A DNA stretch of 63,487 nt, the filler included, from Basidiobolus meristosporus CBS 931.73 (Eukaryota > Fungi > Basidiobolomycota): NCBI GenBank assembly GCA_002104905.1. It is 3 parts of 3 records of this genome, joined end to end, with 100 filler letters (N's around TTAATTAATTAA, not from the genome) between each part and the next. Parts side by side here need not be neighbours in the genome. Positions count along the whole stretch, not along the records: positions 1 to 24,840 come from MCFE01000940.1; 2 more parts are not named here. One strand, written 5' to 3'. The position numbers were made by a program, and so were the translations under genes. Every line of letters starts with the position of its first letter. Within the stretch, counting starts at the first letter, position 1. A model generated the notes under the pieces. That model ran no database searches. It was not told where the DNA came from and saw only the letters and a list, made by a program, of their open reading frames with translations. Below, in pieces: positions 11,441 through 23,264 of the stretch.

Positions 11441-11813
11441 TATTAGGATTTAGGGCAAGGGGGATTATTCATTTAGTACAGAAATAATTCAATAAAATGG
11501 GTTGATGTTCAGGAAATGAACCTTAGGAAAATACAGCAACATGGAGTGTTTCCGATGCAGCCCGGTATGGAAAGTGCTTAGCTACTTGAGATGCAGAAAT
11601 CAAGTGAATTGAACAGGAATTTTGAGGTCATATCTGCCACACACAAATTTGAGGCGAATCTCTACATCATCTCCATTTGACGGTTGATCTGAAGAATCTT
11701 GCTTGAATGGTAATTGTACATATGGACAGGAGATCTGGTGGATACACTTAAAAGAAACAGTCGACACAAAGACTATTGTACATGCGACGAAGAGCCTACT
11801 CAACGGCCCAGCA

Positions 11814-14800
11814 TTAATTGACAGAAGTGCGGACGTAGAACAGGATGTATGCCGATTTGGACTGGAATCATAGAATGTTCATTAGCCGCCCCATGAAACG
11901 CTCACACATTTATAACACTTACCACGATAGAGCTCTCTTCACATACTGTCACCCTAGAATCATCGAAGTTGCACCACTGGTTGCGAGCCCCATTTCTGAC
12001 CTGGGCGGTATCTGGCGAGAAAAGAATGAAAAGGTTACTACGAATGTTGTCGAACAAGCATAAATGATCCCACATACAATGGCCACCGTTCATACCACCA
12101 AAGTGGTTCGACACCGAATACAAATCGTAGGTGGTTGGCGCCTTACTTGAGGGTGCTTGCAGGTATGGCGTCATATCCAATCTTCTATAGGGCGCAGACA
12201 GGGGTTAGCTGTTGCCACCCACGACAACCGAAAGATAGACTAACCTCAGAGGATACGACACCAGGGTATCCAACTTGTCACGGAATGGCCCGGAAAAGGA
12301 GAATCGCTTCAAATGGATCAATAGTACATCCGGTAGCCGAGATAAGGTCAGCCTCTTGATCGCTCTGCGACGAGTCTTGCAACGGGAGCAGAACCTGGGT
12401 TTCGATGGGAAGATGAGGGCTTGGTACTACACTAACAGGAAGAGCATGGCTACCCAACTTACCAGGCGTCCTCGCCATCAAGAATCTCTTCTTTGACAAA
12501 CTCCTCCAAGCATTTGGACAATGGCACTCCGTTGTGTCGGGAGGGGATTGGCAATGAGAGATACGTAAAAGGATTGTATGTCGTGGAGGTCTGTTAAGGA
12601 GTAGGGGATTAGCAAGGTCGTCATTAGAAACAAGTCGAGGGTCACTCACCTGCTTACAATATGTGCATTGTAGCTTCGATCTAAACTGGCCCTGGAACAA
12701 GCTTACGATGATAGAGGAGTTTCGAAGTAGATACTTCTCCCAGGCAAGCTCCGAGGACAAGTACTCCGGCATTTGCTCCATTAGTTCGTCATCCTCGTTG
12801 TTATCGGGTGGCGGCTTGGTGACAACCAGGTTTAGATCCTCATGTAATCCATCCAGGAGAAAACCCAACAATTCTTGAGAATCATGTTGGTCCGAGCCTT
12901 TGAATTGAGGAGCAAATTTGGCGATAGCATCCTAACCAAAGAAAAGAATCAGCCATTGGTTGTGAAAGCATGGTCGCAGTTATCGTTGACATACTCTGAA
13001 CGTGATGGGCGAAACAAAGGTGTATTGAACACTCCACATCGTTCGGATGAGATCTCCGAACGCTTGAGCTAGGACACCGCCGGTCCCGAGGAAATTGGTC
13101 CTGTTGATATGCCGTCTATAGCTACCATCTGTGTTTCGTTAGAGACGCGTTCGTTCTGTGGGTGGTGTCTTGCAATTTCACTTACCAAGAAAGTACCGAG
13201 CCAAAGGAACCGTAGCACTTAAACACTGCAATATAGAGTTCATAAAGCAAGTGTTACCCAGATTTTTAAGCCCGGTAATCCCGATTCGCACAGGCCCAAG
13301 CTGCGAGACCGATGATTCAAAAGTTGGCGTTGATTCCCGCTTAGGGAGCATAGGTCTCGGGCCATACATCTGCTCTTGGGTCAAAGTCGGATGGCCCACG
13401 GGGCGTTGCTGGTACTGGTGCTGATGGTGATGCCATTGTTGATGGTATTGATTCTGTGGTATTGTGGAGATGTGTTGGTTCGCTTTTGAAGGATTCAGGA
13501 CCGACATGCTGTTTAGTGGAGGCACACGTCGTTTAGGCAGGGGTGGTGGTGGTGGGTCGAAGTGACTATTATTGGTTGTTGTGAATCCGTAATATGGGTT
13601 GTCCAAAAAGGTTTTACGTCGGTGAAGTTTTGATTTTGCTTCACTGGGATGTTGAGCAGTGGGCCTATTGTGCATCATTTGCTGGTTGCCAGTATTGTGC
13701 ATAGGCGTTGGCGTAGGCATGGGCATGTGCATGTGCATTTGATTAGTCGTGGAGCAATAATGCTCAGGCTGTGGCATTAGAAATGCTCCAGGATTGCGTT
13801 GATGATGGGGTGGTGGTGTTGGTCGTACGTATGGATATTGTGGGGGATTTGAATGACGAGGGTAATGTTGAGGAGGGAGATTTTGGTGACCATTCGGTTG
13901 AGAGCCCATTGATGGTTTGGAATTATACTCATGGCCGCTATAAGGTCGCTGTGGTACGTTTTGAGGCTGCAGCGGACGATAAAAACTTACGTCTGCATTC
14001 TGAGTTTGTTGCGACAATGCAGACCAGTTCGAACCATGAATATGCTGTTGATTATGTGGATCATATTGGAGCGGATATGACTGTTGAGGCATGCCAGAGT
14101 GTGGTGAAACGTCGTCCTTTTTCGAGGGATAATCCGGATAGGGTGGTTGATTTGCGGCTGTCGCGTTTTGCTGAAAGTAATCGTATACTTCCAGTGGGGC
14201 GGGTTGACCCACGTTCGATGATGTTATGGTGGATTGGTTGAGCTTATTGACTAGCATATCAATCTGCTCAGAGCTAGTGTTGTCTGGAAGCCGCGGTACC
14301 TGACTATGAAATGAATGATGTATGGTTAACTTCGTGACTGTAATGTTATATATACATGACAAAAGTTACCTGGTGGAAGAAAAGCTATCCTGTCTGTTGA
14401 ACCAATCATGCGTAATAGTGCTCTGTCTGCTTTCAGTATGCTCACTTGTTCTGGGCAACTGATGTTGGTTATGTCTTGGTCCCATTACTTTGCTTGAGGG
14501 GATTTTCCCTCCACCATACTGACTTTTCCATGCTTGATAGCCTCCGCTGAGTAACACAGGCATGCGTATCAAAACCTTCTCAAACTCGAGCTCATAAATG
14601 GCCGAAACTAGATGTTGCAATGGATTGGCTGTAAGATCTCCACCAAGTTCGATGGGCCGTTGAGTCAATGAAGTGGAGCTTTGATCGTAAAAAACCACCA
14701 AGTCCACCTTGTGTCTTTCATTGAACAAAGATCGCTCCTTTGCTGAGCATAGTTGCAGTGCAGCCTCGATTTTAGATGAAGTGGTTCTATGGAAAAGAAT

Positions 14801-16262
14801 TTGGGGTTAGATCCCGGAATTGGCTGGTATCCCACCAACTTAATATACTGACTCGTTCTTTAAAATCATAGGATCAATGTTGATTATGTGCTTAGCTTCG
14901 ATATGACCTCGGTCAAATTCTTCTCTTGGCCTGATATCCATTAAAAGAATCGATGGGGGATTACTCGTCTGGCAAAGGTATTGATGGAGGGCACTCGTTG
15001 AGATGACAGTAGCGTGAGGGAAAGCAAAAGAAGTTTTGGAGATTGCATTGGAACTAAACCAACGTCTAGATGGAGTTCTGGTGGGGGACTTGAGCTTAGT
15101 GGATGATTGTGGCCCGTCCGAGTTTTGCTTCAGATTGCTTTGTGCTGATTGTGGATTTGGTTCTGTCGGGCCTGTGTTACTAGGCATTGATTGAGCATTT
15201 GGTGAGATGCCGTGGCTATCCTGAGGAAATGTCGGATCTTGGGCGGGAGATGCGCCATAGACATATCCTAGATTCCCATGGTGTGAGGCTCCATTTAGGC
15301 TGGTATTAATGGAATTTACGTGATCTAGGCTTGGGTATCTTTGCGAAACTCTCTCGATATCAAGATCTGAGCTCAAAGTGGCACCAGAAAAGGATGCGTC
15401 GTGGATGTCTTCGACTTGTGGAAACCTAAGCATCGAATCGCGGATGTCAGGGCCGTTAGCATCAAATTCATGCACAGCCGTAGTGTTCAATGAATATTCT
15501 GAATCTGGTTTCCTTATGCTGGGCCTATTGTTCTCCCTTACGGACTCTTGTGCAGGTACGGGTTGATATTCGGGTGGCCTCTGAACAGTATACTGCTCCT
15601 GATAAACCGGAGTTTGTGGAATATTCGACGTGCGTGACACAGTAGCATAACTACTACTGGAGCTTTGGGAAAGGTTGGAGGTCGAGCTATTCGCCGAAGG
15701 GGCGCGTTCATGACTTAACTGAGGAGTACTGTACAGGTTTCTGGACGTCTGGAATCCAAAACGACTCACCAATTCACCTCTTAATTGGTTCAAGAATATG
15801 TCGGCTTGGTGTGTTTTCTATCAAGAAAGCTATTAGGTCTTATGTGCATTGATACAAACAGGGGGGCAAAAGCATACTTCTCGAAACTCATTACTATTCT
15901 GAGGTATTACGGAGGTGACAATACTAGGTAAGCCGTGGAATCAATAAATGCGATAGGGTTCTGACTTGTCAAGTAAGCAACACTAACTTGTTGAATTTAT
16001 AATATTGGATATATGCGTTTACCAGATCTCCTTTCTCCCTTGAGACATTCGCCTGTAACAAAGAACAGGATTTAGTCTTTGGATGAGTGAAGCTAGCCAC
16101 ATTTACACGTTGAAATACCTGTTCATATAAGCGATTAGCCTGAGTGCACCAGATCTTTGCTGGCAACTTAAGCCCTTGAATCACTGCGGCGTTTCTTTCC
16201 AATTCCTCGATGCTATGGATGGCCGTTCCTCGCTGGTCCGACGTATTTATATTGGAAGACAT
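11814..16262 (-). CDS. DOA4: Ubiquitin C-terminal hydrolase of the Doa4/Ubp5/USP8 family, multi-exon
   Basis: N-terminal MIT/USP8-dimer-like exon, a rhodanese domain ([17 protein letters not shown]), Cys box [39 protein letters not shown], His box [27 protein letters not shown] and last exon [13 protein letters not shown]. Confidence 0.92.
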
Positions 16263-16619
16263 TATTTCAGAAGGAACTTGTGTTCACACACGCAAAAGTG
16301 GAGGGAGGCGATTGATGAAAAATAAGGGAGTAACTGGTAGGCGAGCAAGAATATCTATCACTGAAATTAATCCGCCAAGTTGCCTACACTGATACAAGCA
16401 GTAAAGCCATCAGATGCTTGGCATCAATTTCTATATATTATACGGGAAGTTTGCGGTATAAAATTTCTTTCGAATTTCGATTGTTTGTCAACAACACTCT
16501 ATCCATATAAATCCATCATGCTAATTCTTTCTCATGAAAGCCGTCCTGCGTAGACTCATTAGGATAAATCATGTGCATCAGTCTATGTTTATTCAACTCT
16601 TACTTTGCTAGAAACAGGG

Positions 16620-18050
16620 CTAATTTCTATGAATAGACCAACTCTTCAGATATTCCTCAGTCAATTGATCTGCCTCTGTGCCACCTCCCGGCTGCATCTC
16701 ACTTGACCAGCTGTGTGAATAGTTTATTGACTCCTGGTAAATCTGGGTGTGTCTAGCGAGTTTTTCCAAATCTGCCTGAGAACTGCTCTGCTTTAGCATC
16801 GAATCTTCACGCTTTGTGGCTACCCTGGTCTGTCTATGTGACTTGGACCAGGAATCCATGGCTGCTTGGCAGAATTCCTTTTGGAAATCTTCCGTTGCGG
16901 GAGGTTCGACATTGCCAGTCTCCGCCAGCTTTTCGTGCTTGAAGAAAGCGCTCTGAAGGTCGAGTAACGAGGGGTGCCGTGTTTTAACCTCAGGATCAGC
17001 CTCCAGCTCTTGCTTCGATGGCTTTCGCTTGATTGAGAGAACTGGCTGATCCCAGTTAGGGCTGGTAATAGAAGCAACAGGGTTCTGCTGGGGATTATTA
17101 CATATGACCAACTGTCCCTCGAGCGAGCGCTCAACTTCAAAGACTTGGGTGTTGCTACTAATATTATACAGAGTCATCCAGTATTTTTGCTCTGATTTCT
17201 CAAGCTGTGTCTTGCGGATTTGCTCGAAAAGCTTGTAGCCAACCTGAAACATGTTGTTAGCGTAACCCAACATATACCGAATAACCACAGCATCCACCTA
17301 CGTAGACATCGTTTCCTGCGTAATTGATCTGGTCTGCTGACAACTTGTATACTTCCCAATTGCTCAAGGCAATGTTATGCTCTTTCTTCATTGAGCGCTG
17401 TAGCTATTGAAGTCCACACGGTTAGCGTATCAGACCAAGATGGAGGGGAAGAGGGGAAACTCACCAGAATCTCGACCAAAGTAGTTAACTTCTGGATTTT
17501 ACGCCCATTAAACTGGTCCGATACTTGAATCCCCAATGACCCTAGCTCTAACAAACTTCTAGACTCCACACCGTAATCCTTAAACAGCTTTGTCCCATCT
17601 CCCCGAATATTACACCCAGGCTTAAGTATATACGGGTCTTCCAAAAGTTCCCGAAGTCGAATAGGGAATTCTATTGAAAGGCTGTTCAATAACGCAAATC
17701 AACTGGAGCTAGGGAATACTTGGAAATCACTGACCACGCATATGATGTATATGGAATAGATAAACCCCGTGGTTGTCGCACAACTGTACCAGAGCGGTTT
17801 TCCCAAGGCTTGTAAACCGTCTTACTCGCCATTCAATGTCCAACGCAAAAACTTTGCCTCTTTAGGAAGGGTGAGTAAGGAAAACTGTCTGGAGATCAGA
17901 GGCTGGACTCACTGTAAACCCTCAATCAAAGTGTTTGCTTCTTGAGCAGATTTCATATAGTGTATTTTGTAGGTAGGATCTGCAGCGTAATCTAAGATGG
18001 GCAACTGCACACTGTGAGGCGAGCTAGAAGGTTGTGAATACCATCTACAA
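16620..18050 (-). CDS. DEDDy 3'-5' exonuclease of the WRN-exo/EXD2/MUT-7-like class, multi-exon; 5' end uncertain
   Basis: Spliced exons give LPILDY...KIHYMKSAQEAN, KVFALDIEW (ExoI), GKTALVQLCD, FPIRLRELLEDPYILKPGCNIRGDGTKL (ExoII) and DQINYAGNDVY (ExoIII), followed by a charged C-terminal tail. Confidence 0.8.
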
Positions 18051-18786
18051 ATTGGAGCTGTCAATATTATGATCCTTGCAAGGAAACACTATCGAAGCGA
18101 TCGTCGTAAGACTGTTGTGGTGATTGTCCAAGCTAATAAATACCAAACAGTTGAATTACCTAGAAGGCAGTGTTCTAGACATCTTGGGTTTAGAGGATTG
18201 GTATAGACCGCATTTCGAGCTACGATGTGCACACATTATCCAGAGTCAACTCTCACATAAAACATGACAACCTCTAAATCGAAAGCTAACCTTGCGCCTC
18301 TAAGGAAGGACATGAGGAAAATGTATTGAAGAGGCACTCCGAGCTGAACCCGTCTTCGGAAAATTCTGGTGTAGCAATCGTCTGTTATGGATTTTGTTTA
18401 CTAGCCATCAGAACAATCACCAATTCATTGGCGAGAATGATGCCAAATCAAATCGTTTCCTGTTCAGAAGTCCAAGTCAAATATGTAATCTTGAATACGG
18501 CACGAATAGAAACTTGATTAATAATTTGGCCACCTTTGTATCAATCGCATGATCCGTTCTGAAATTCCTTAGTGATTAATCCATTTCGTTACGTATTTAA
18601 GTGGTGATAATTCTTCGTTTTTTAGCGTGAAAAGATACAGAGACTTGTGACTGTATTCCACAGTTGGTCGCATTTCAACCCTCCGCATTCAAAACTTATC
18701 TATTGTAACAGCAGATAGTGTTACTTCCTTCTCGTTCATACCACTCGATACAACTAAGAAGCCCATCGCTTATTCTTCAGTTCACC

Positions 18787-19323
18787 ATGTCTTTTGCAGC
18801 CACAGTTAAAAAAGCTGCCACTCGCAGCGGCCCTGCGCTTAGGCCGCGAAAGGCAGTCCTCACCATCGTAAGTATAGAGTAACTGAGCATGTTTTCGAAG
18901 GCTGTGGGCTTTGGCTTATCGAAACTTCTAGACACCCGCAGCTGTGGGCAGGATTAAGGAACTTTCTGAACAGTCTAGCAAAAAAGACAACGAGCCTCAT
19001 TGGTTGAAAATCGGAGTCAAGACAAAAGGCTGTTCTGGCTTGAGCTATTCCTTGAATTACACGACAAAGAAAGAGAAATTTGACGAAGTGGTCAAGCAGG
19101 ATGGTTCGCAGCTTTCAACTGACAACGATTTCCCCACGAATGGATACTAATGGACCATTCTTAATTTCATATAGATGTCACCGTGCTCATTGACTCAAAG
19201 GCACTGCTTTCCATTATCGGTTCTGAAATGGACTATGTCGAGGACAAGCTATCTTCGCAGTTTGTGTTCCACAATCCCAATGTCAAGGAAGCTTGTGGTT
19301 GTGGACAGAGTTTTATGGTCTAA
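18787..19323 (+). CDS. ISA1: Mitochondrial iron-sulfur cluster assembly protein Isa1/IscA, 3 exons
   Basis: MSFAATVKK...LTI / TPAAVGRIKEL...LKIGVKTKGCSGLSYSL...D / VTVLIDSKAL...GSEMDYVEDKLSSQFVFHNPNVKEACGCGQSF. The conserved C...CGC cysteines are present. Confidence 0.93.
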
Positions 19324-20428
19324 TTTTGGATCACATAGTATACATTTTGTTTCCAACCATGCACATAGTTTTCCTCACAATTCATGTAATGCTCATATAA
19401 TAAACAGATTCAACACATCCACGTACTGGGACACGCTGAGTAGGGGGATTGCTAAACGAGCAGATGGATAGTTGCTATTTTCAATTCAAGCTATAAATAA
19501 CCTCTGTATGCAAGTATTGGCAAGGCCGGTAAAACCTCTGGAGGTGCCCAACAGCGAGCATGCATATTAGGAAAGACTGGCGGAATAGCTCGTGCGCCCA
19601 AAAAGGGCATCGAGAGTTTGATCGAAAGAAGGGTTTTTTTAGGTTGTCACACGAGCTCCAACACATTATGTACGGAAGCTTGGACACGTTCCCCTTTCAA
19701 AGTGGTAAGACCAAAAGGCTGGGATATATCTGGCGATAGACTTGGCATCGATTTAAATGGCTGGGAATCACAATGACGATGTGTTACATATTTTGTCATG
19801 GATCAAGTTCCCATGCTTAAATACATCGAGTAAGTTCCGGGCTGAACTGTATTTTTCCCGAGAATAGTTTAATTCCTACTTTAAGGCCATCATCCCCAGG
19901 AACCCGCTTGGTAATACATGAGAAGGGTGCTCAGTGACTTGAATGCTCCGTTCGGCGGAATTTTCGGGACACCGAAGCACGAGTTCACCATGAGCCATTC
20001 GCCCTTTTCCACCGTTCGGTCATGCAGGTCATTTAAACAACAGTCCTACCGATAGCACTTAGCTCCAGCAATGACTTCTATCCGTTACAAGGATAATAGG
20101 AACGGTGATTTTTCAAATCCGGAAATTCTGGGATTTGTTGAACGGATGAACATGTTACCGATGTAAAAATCACTTATCCGGAATATTCCTCGCCTGTCGG
20201 TTCAACTGTCTGGATCTTCGGCGATAGCGTCCCGACAAGGTTTGCTGGGCCAGCGCGGGACAACGACGATTAGGTTCATGATCTTTTTATTGAAACACTA
20301 TGTACAGAAAATTCGTTGACGTATGTATGTAGCAAAGATAAACAAGAAGGCGTGCATGCAAGTGTGGGTTGAAGAGTTGAGGTTCTATCGCTGCTCTAAT
20401 AAAACTACATTGCCAAGCATACGACCCC

Positions 20429-21379
20429 TCAGATGGTAAACATCGTGGAAAGATTGGCCAGCTGGCGTCGATCCTCACTGGTAGAATAATTGCGTGCTGG
20501 TACCACCAGAGGAGGAATTACTGGTTGAGATGAGTACATCGAGGTGGAACGAGCATCAGCCATACAGGCAAGACTAGGCAAGCGGGGGAGCTTGAGGGGG
20601 GGAAGGTCCAATTCATACTTCGATGCTACGTTCTGCTCCGAGTTGGGTGGACTGGGTAGGTACGAATCGGGGCCAGAATAAACAGGTAAGGGTTTGAATG
20701 AGTGTGCGGGAGTGGGTGGGGATTGTCGTCCCATTTTAGAAGGATGTCCCCAAGGCTCCAGTCGGCTAAGTGGGGACATCGTGCCATGTGAACCAAAGTT
20801 TTCAGGGTGTGTGAATCTAGCGTCTTCATGACGGCCAAAGAGATCCGTAGTCATATCTGGATACAACCCCTTTGGTATCCTAATGTGAGAGAAAGTGGAA
20901 TCGTAGGAAGGAACTTTCAACTGGCCAGAGGTAACATGGTCCTTGGTGTAGTAGCTGATCAAGTGCAGCTTGCGATGGTTCGAGGTGGTGACCGAGAGGG
21001 ATTGTTTGATCAACCCACTATCCTTGTAGGGGAACTCCATGTGTGAATTGTCGCGTTTTTCGCCAATGTCGCCCTCGATTATAGACAAAGGAGGAGATGG
21101 ATGATTCAACAAAGTTTTGTTATGTTTACGCTTGTTCTCCAGCTCGCGGTAGATCAGGAAGCTACCCAGAACACGCGATGGAGACCAGGCGCGACCGTCA
21201 GTCCAGCGGCGCATTCCGGATTCTTCTTCCTCCCAAACAAACACCGAGCCAGAGCGAACACTCTGGCGCTCTTTCTCGCTTAGACGTCGCTGAACGCGAT
21301 GTAGGTAGCCGAGACGACAGGACTCGATTACTAGCAAAGCATCGTGGACAGACTCAATGTAGCCGAAATATGTCTCCAT
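20429..21379 (-). CDS. PAC2: Gti1/Pac2 (WOPR) family transcription factor, Pac2-like
   Basis: METYFGYIESVHDALLVIESCRLG...RRLSEKERQSVRSGSVFVWEEEESGMRRWTDGRAWSPSRVLGSFLIYREL (WOPRa) and GLIKQSLSV...KLHLISYY (WOPRb). Confidence 0.92.
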   Translation of the reverse strand: METYFGYIESVHDALLVIESCRLGYLHRVQRRLSEKERQSVRSGSVFVWEEEESGMRRWTDGRAWSPSRVLGSFLIYRELENKRKHNKTLLNHPSPPLSIIEGDIGEKRDNSHMEFPYKDSGLIKQSLSVTTSNHRKLHLISYYTKDHVTSGQLKVPSYDSTFSHIRIPKGLYPDMTTDLFGRHEDARFTHPENFGSHGTMSPLSRLEPWGHPSKMGRQSPPTPAHSFKPLPVYSGPDSYLPSPPNSEQNVASKYELDLPPLKLPRLPSLACMADARSTSMYSSQPVIPPLVVPARNYSTSEDRRQLANLSTMFTI

Positions 21380-22624
21380 TATAGGGATTGATATGGAGTG
21401 ATACTATATCTGTACAATACTTGAAGGAAAGAGAGAGACCACCGCAGATACAAAATTGATGGCGACGTGTGGGAGAAAGAGGGGAATTTATACGCAACAG
21501 GGCTCAATTCTTGCGAATATATGACCGATCTCACCCACCACGCCCGCCTAAATTTTTCCTGCCACTGCTGCCATATCTGGTAATTTCCATCATTTGAGCT
21601 TAATTCCCCGAATTCAATACTGCTCGATATTGTGTAGTCGCCAGAGTGAAAAATTCCCAAATCGGGAAGACTGTGCTATGAATCTCTGTTCGAAGTAATT
21701 GTTTGCTCCGGTTACCAACCAAATGACGGACCGACAGGGGGAAAGTTCTGCCATTGATAGCTGGGCTTGGTTAACTCGATAGATGACGCACCTTCAAGTC
21801 TGCTTAAACTTATTATCCTCCGGATTCACTGTTGGCGGTCAAAGTCGGGGATTGACAAGGAGATATGCTGCTTATTGTCGGCCAGCGTCGTCCTTGGTGC
21901 TGCTGCTGGATATTGCCGGTTAGGGGATTCCTTCGCATTGTTGCTGGATATGGGCGGTCAGGGGATTTCTTGGTATTGCTGATTTGCGCCGCTTCTACAA
22001 TTTTGTAGCTGAAGCACGCTTTTTGGGATTGGACCACGGAAAAACAAACATTACTAACGCATGTCGACATCCGTAGTTTCCAGAATGGCCACAACTAAAT
22101 CCGGCATCACCATTAAGCTAGTTCGAAATAGGAGGGTGCGGTCTCTGATGGAGGAACTTGCATTTTTTAAACAGCAACTATTAATATCTTATGTGATCTA
22201 CAGCCAACCCCAGCCGTTTATTGTTGCATGTAATGTGCTCATCTCACCTCTTCCTCAGATCTTGGTGGTTTTTGGGGTGGACCTACGGGCTGACTTTTAC
22301 CTTTGTGTATCGTTACTAATGGTTAATTGGGTTCTGATGATTGGCTTTGCCATGGAAAAGGTCATTACTAATTCCTTACCTGTTCACGAGGTATCATTCA
22401 CGAGGAATTCGAGGCCTCCATTATTGCCATGATAGAGGATTTGGGTTAGCAAGAGCATAAGCCAATTGGCAATCATTCATTTTCAGCCATGGTTCTTGGC
22501 AAAGAGTACGTGCGATCGCCAGAAAGAGCACGAAAGTAGAGATGTGTAATAGTAATGAAGAATCCCAAAACCACTGACCAAATCCCAAGACCCGCATTCT
22601 AATCACCACCCAAACCTATATCCC

Positions 22625-22660
22625 CTAGTGAAATCCTTAGTGAAATCCCTTGTGAAATCC
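22625..22660. repeat. Three tandem copies of about 12-13 nt (T[A/T]GTGAAATCC[C/T])
   Basis: The sequence reads ctagtgaaatccttagtgaaatcccttgtgaaatcccc. Confidence 0.75.
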
Positions 22661-23264
22661 CCACAGATGAATCACACGGCAAAATGAAATAATCATTACT
22701 ACACAGCCGAAAGGTTTGCCTTCAACTCATGACATCACGATGAAGTCACCCGGCCAAAATAGAAATAATGGATGATGCGGATAAGAGTAGAGGAATTATG
22801 AATCCCGCATCACAACCACATCACAGAGCGTTTCTTTTTGTAACTTTGATCAAATCAAACATGTCGCTAACCCATGATTAGATAACACTGATCAGGTGTA
22901 ACTCCCGGTAGCAACTCTATTTCCACCGCGATCGAGAAAAATATCATGATGGGCTACGCATTGATGATCTGCTAAACGTTGAAAAATCTTATTAAAGTAC
23001 GAGTATCTCTGTAGTGGTTGGCAACCCAACAACTAGAACATCCTGTTAACGATTATTAATACTCATATTCCTGATTGCTGTAAGATGCTCATTGCAAATC
23101 CCTTGCGCCACTCTTTTCCGGAACCATTCCTGTTCTACTTGATTTATTAAACGAGGTTTGAAAGTAGAATAAAATATCGATATTAATTTGCAATTCCGGG
23201 CACTGGACAGATTATAAAGTTCTGAATCAAATAGAATATGAGATTATGATACGGATATATTCTT

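Noticed and set aside
5669-16262. Functional clustering of the PY-motif protein with the Doa4 deubiquitinase
   Set aside because: They are about 5.5 kb apart with unrelated genes between them. Pathway co-location is most likely coincidental in a fungal genome.
21379-21660. 93-codon upstream ORF whose TAA overlaps the Pac2 ATG (TAATG stop-restart)
   Set aside because: The frame starts at TTG and contains no ATG, so there is no supported initiation. TAATG arises easily by chance.
22061-22432. 123-aa plus-strand ORF upstream of Pac2
   Set aside because: No motif or coding-like codon bias. It probably lies in regulatory DNA.
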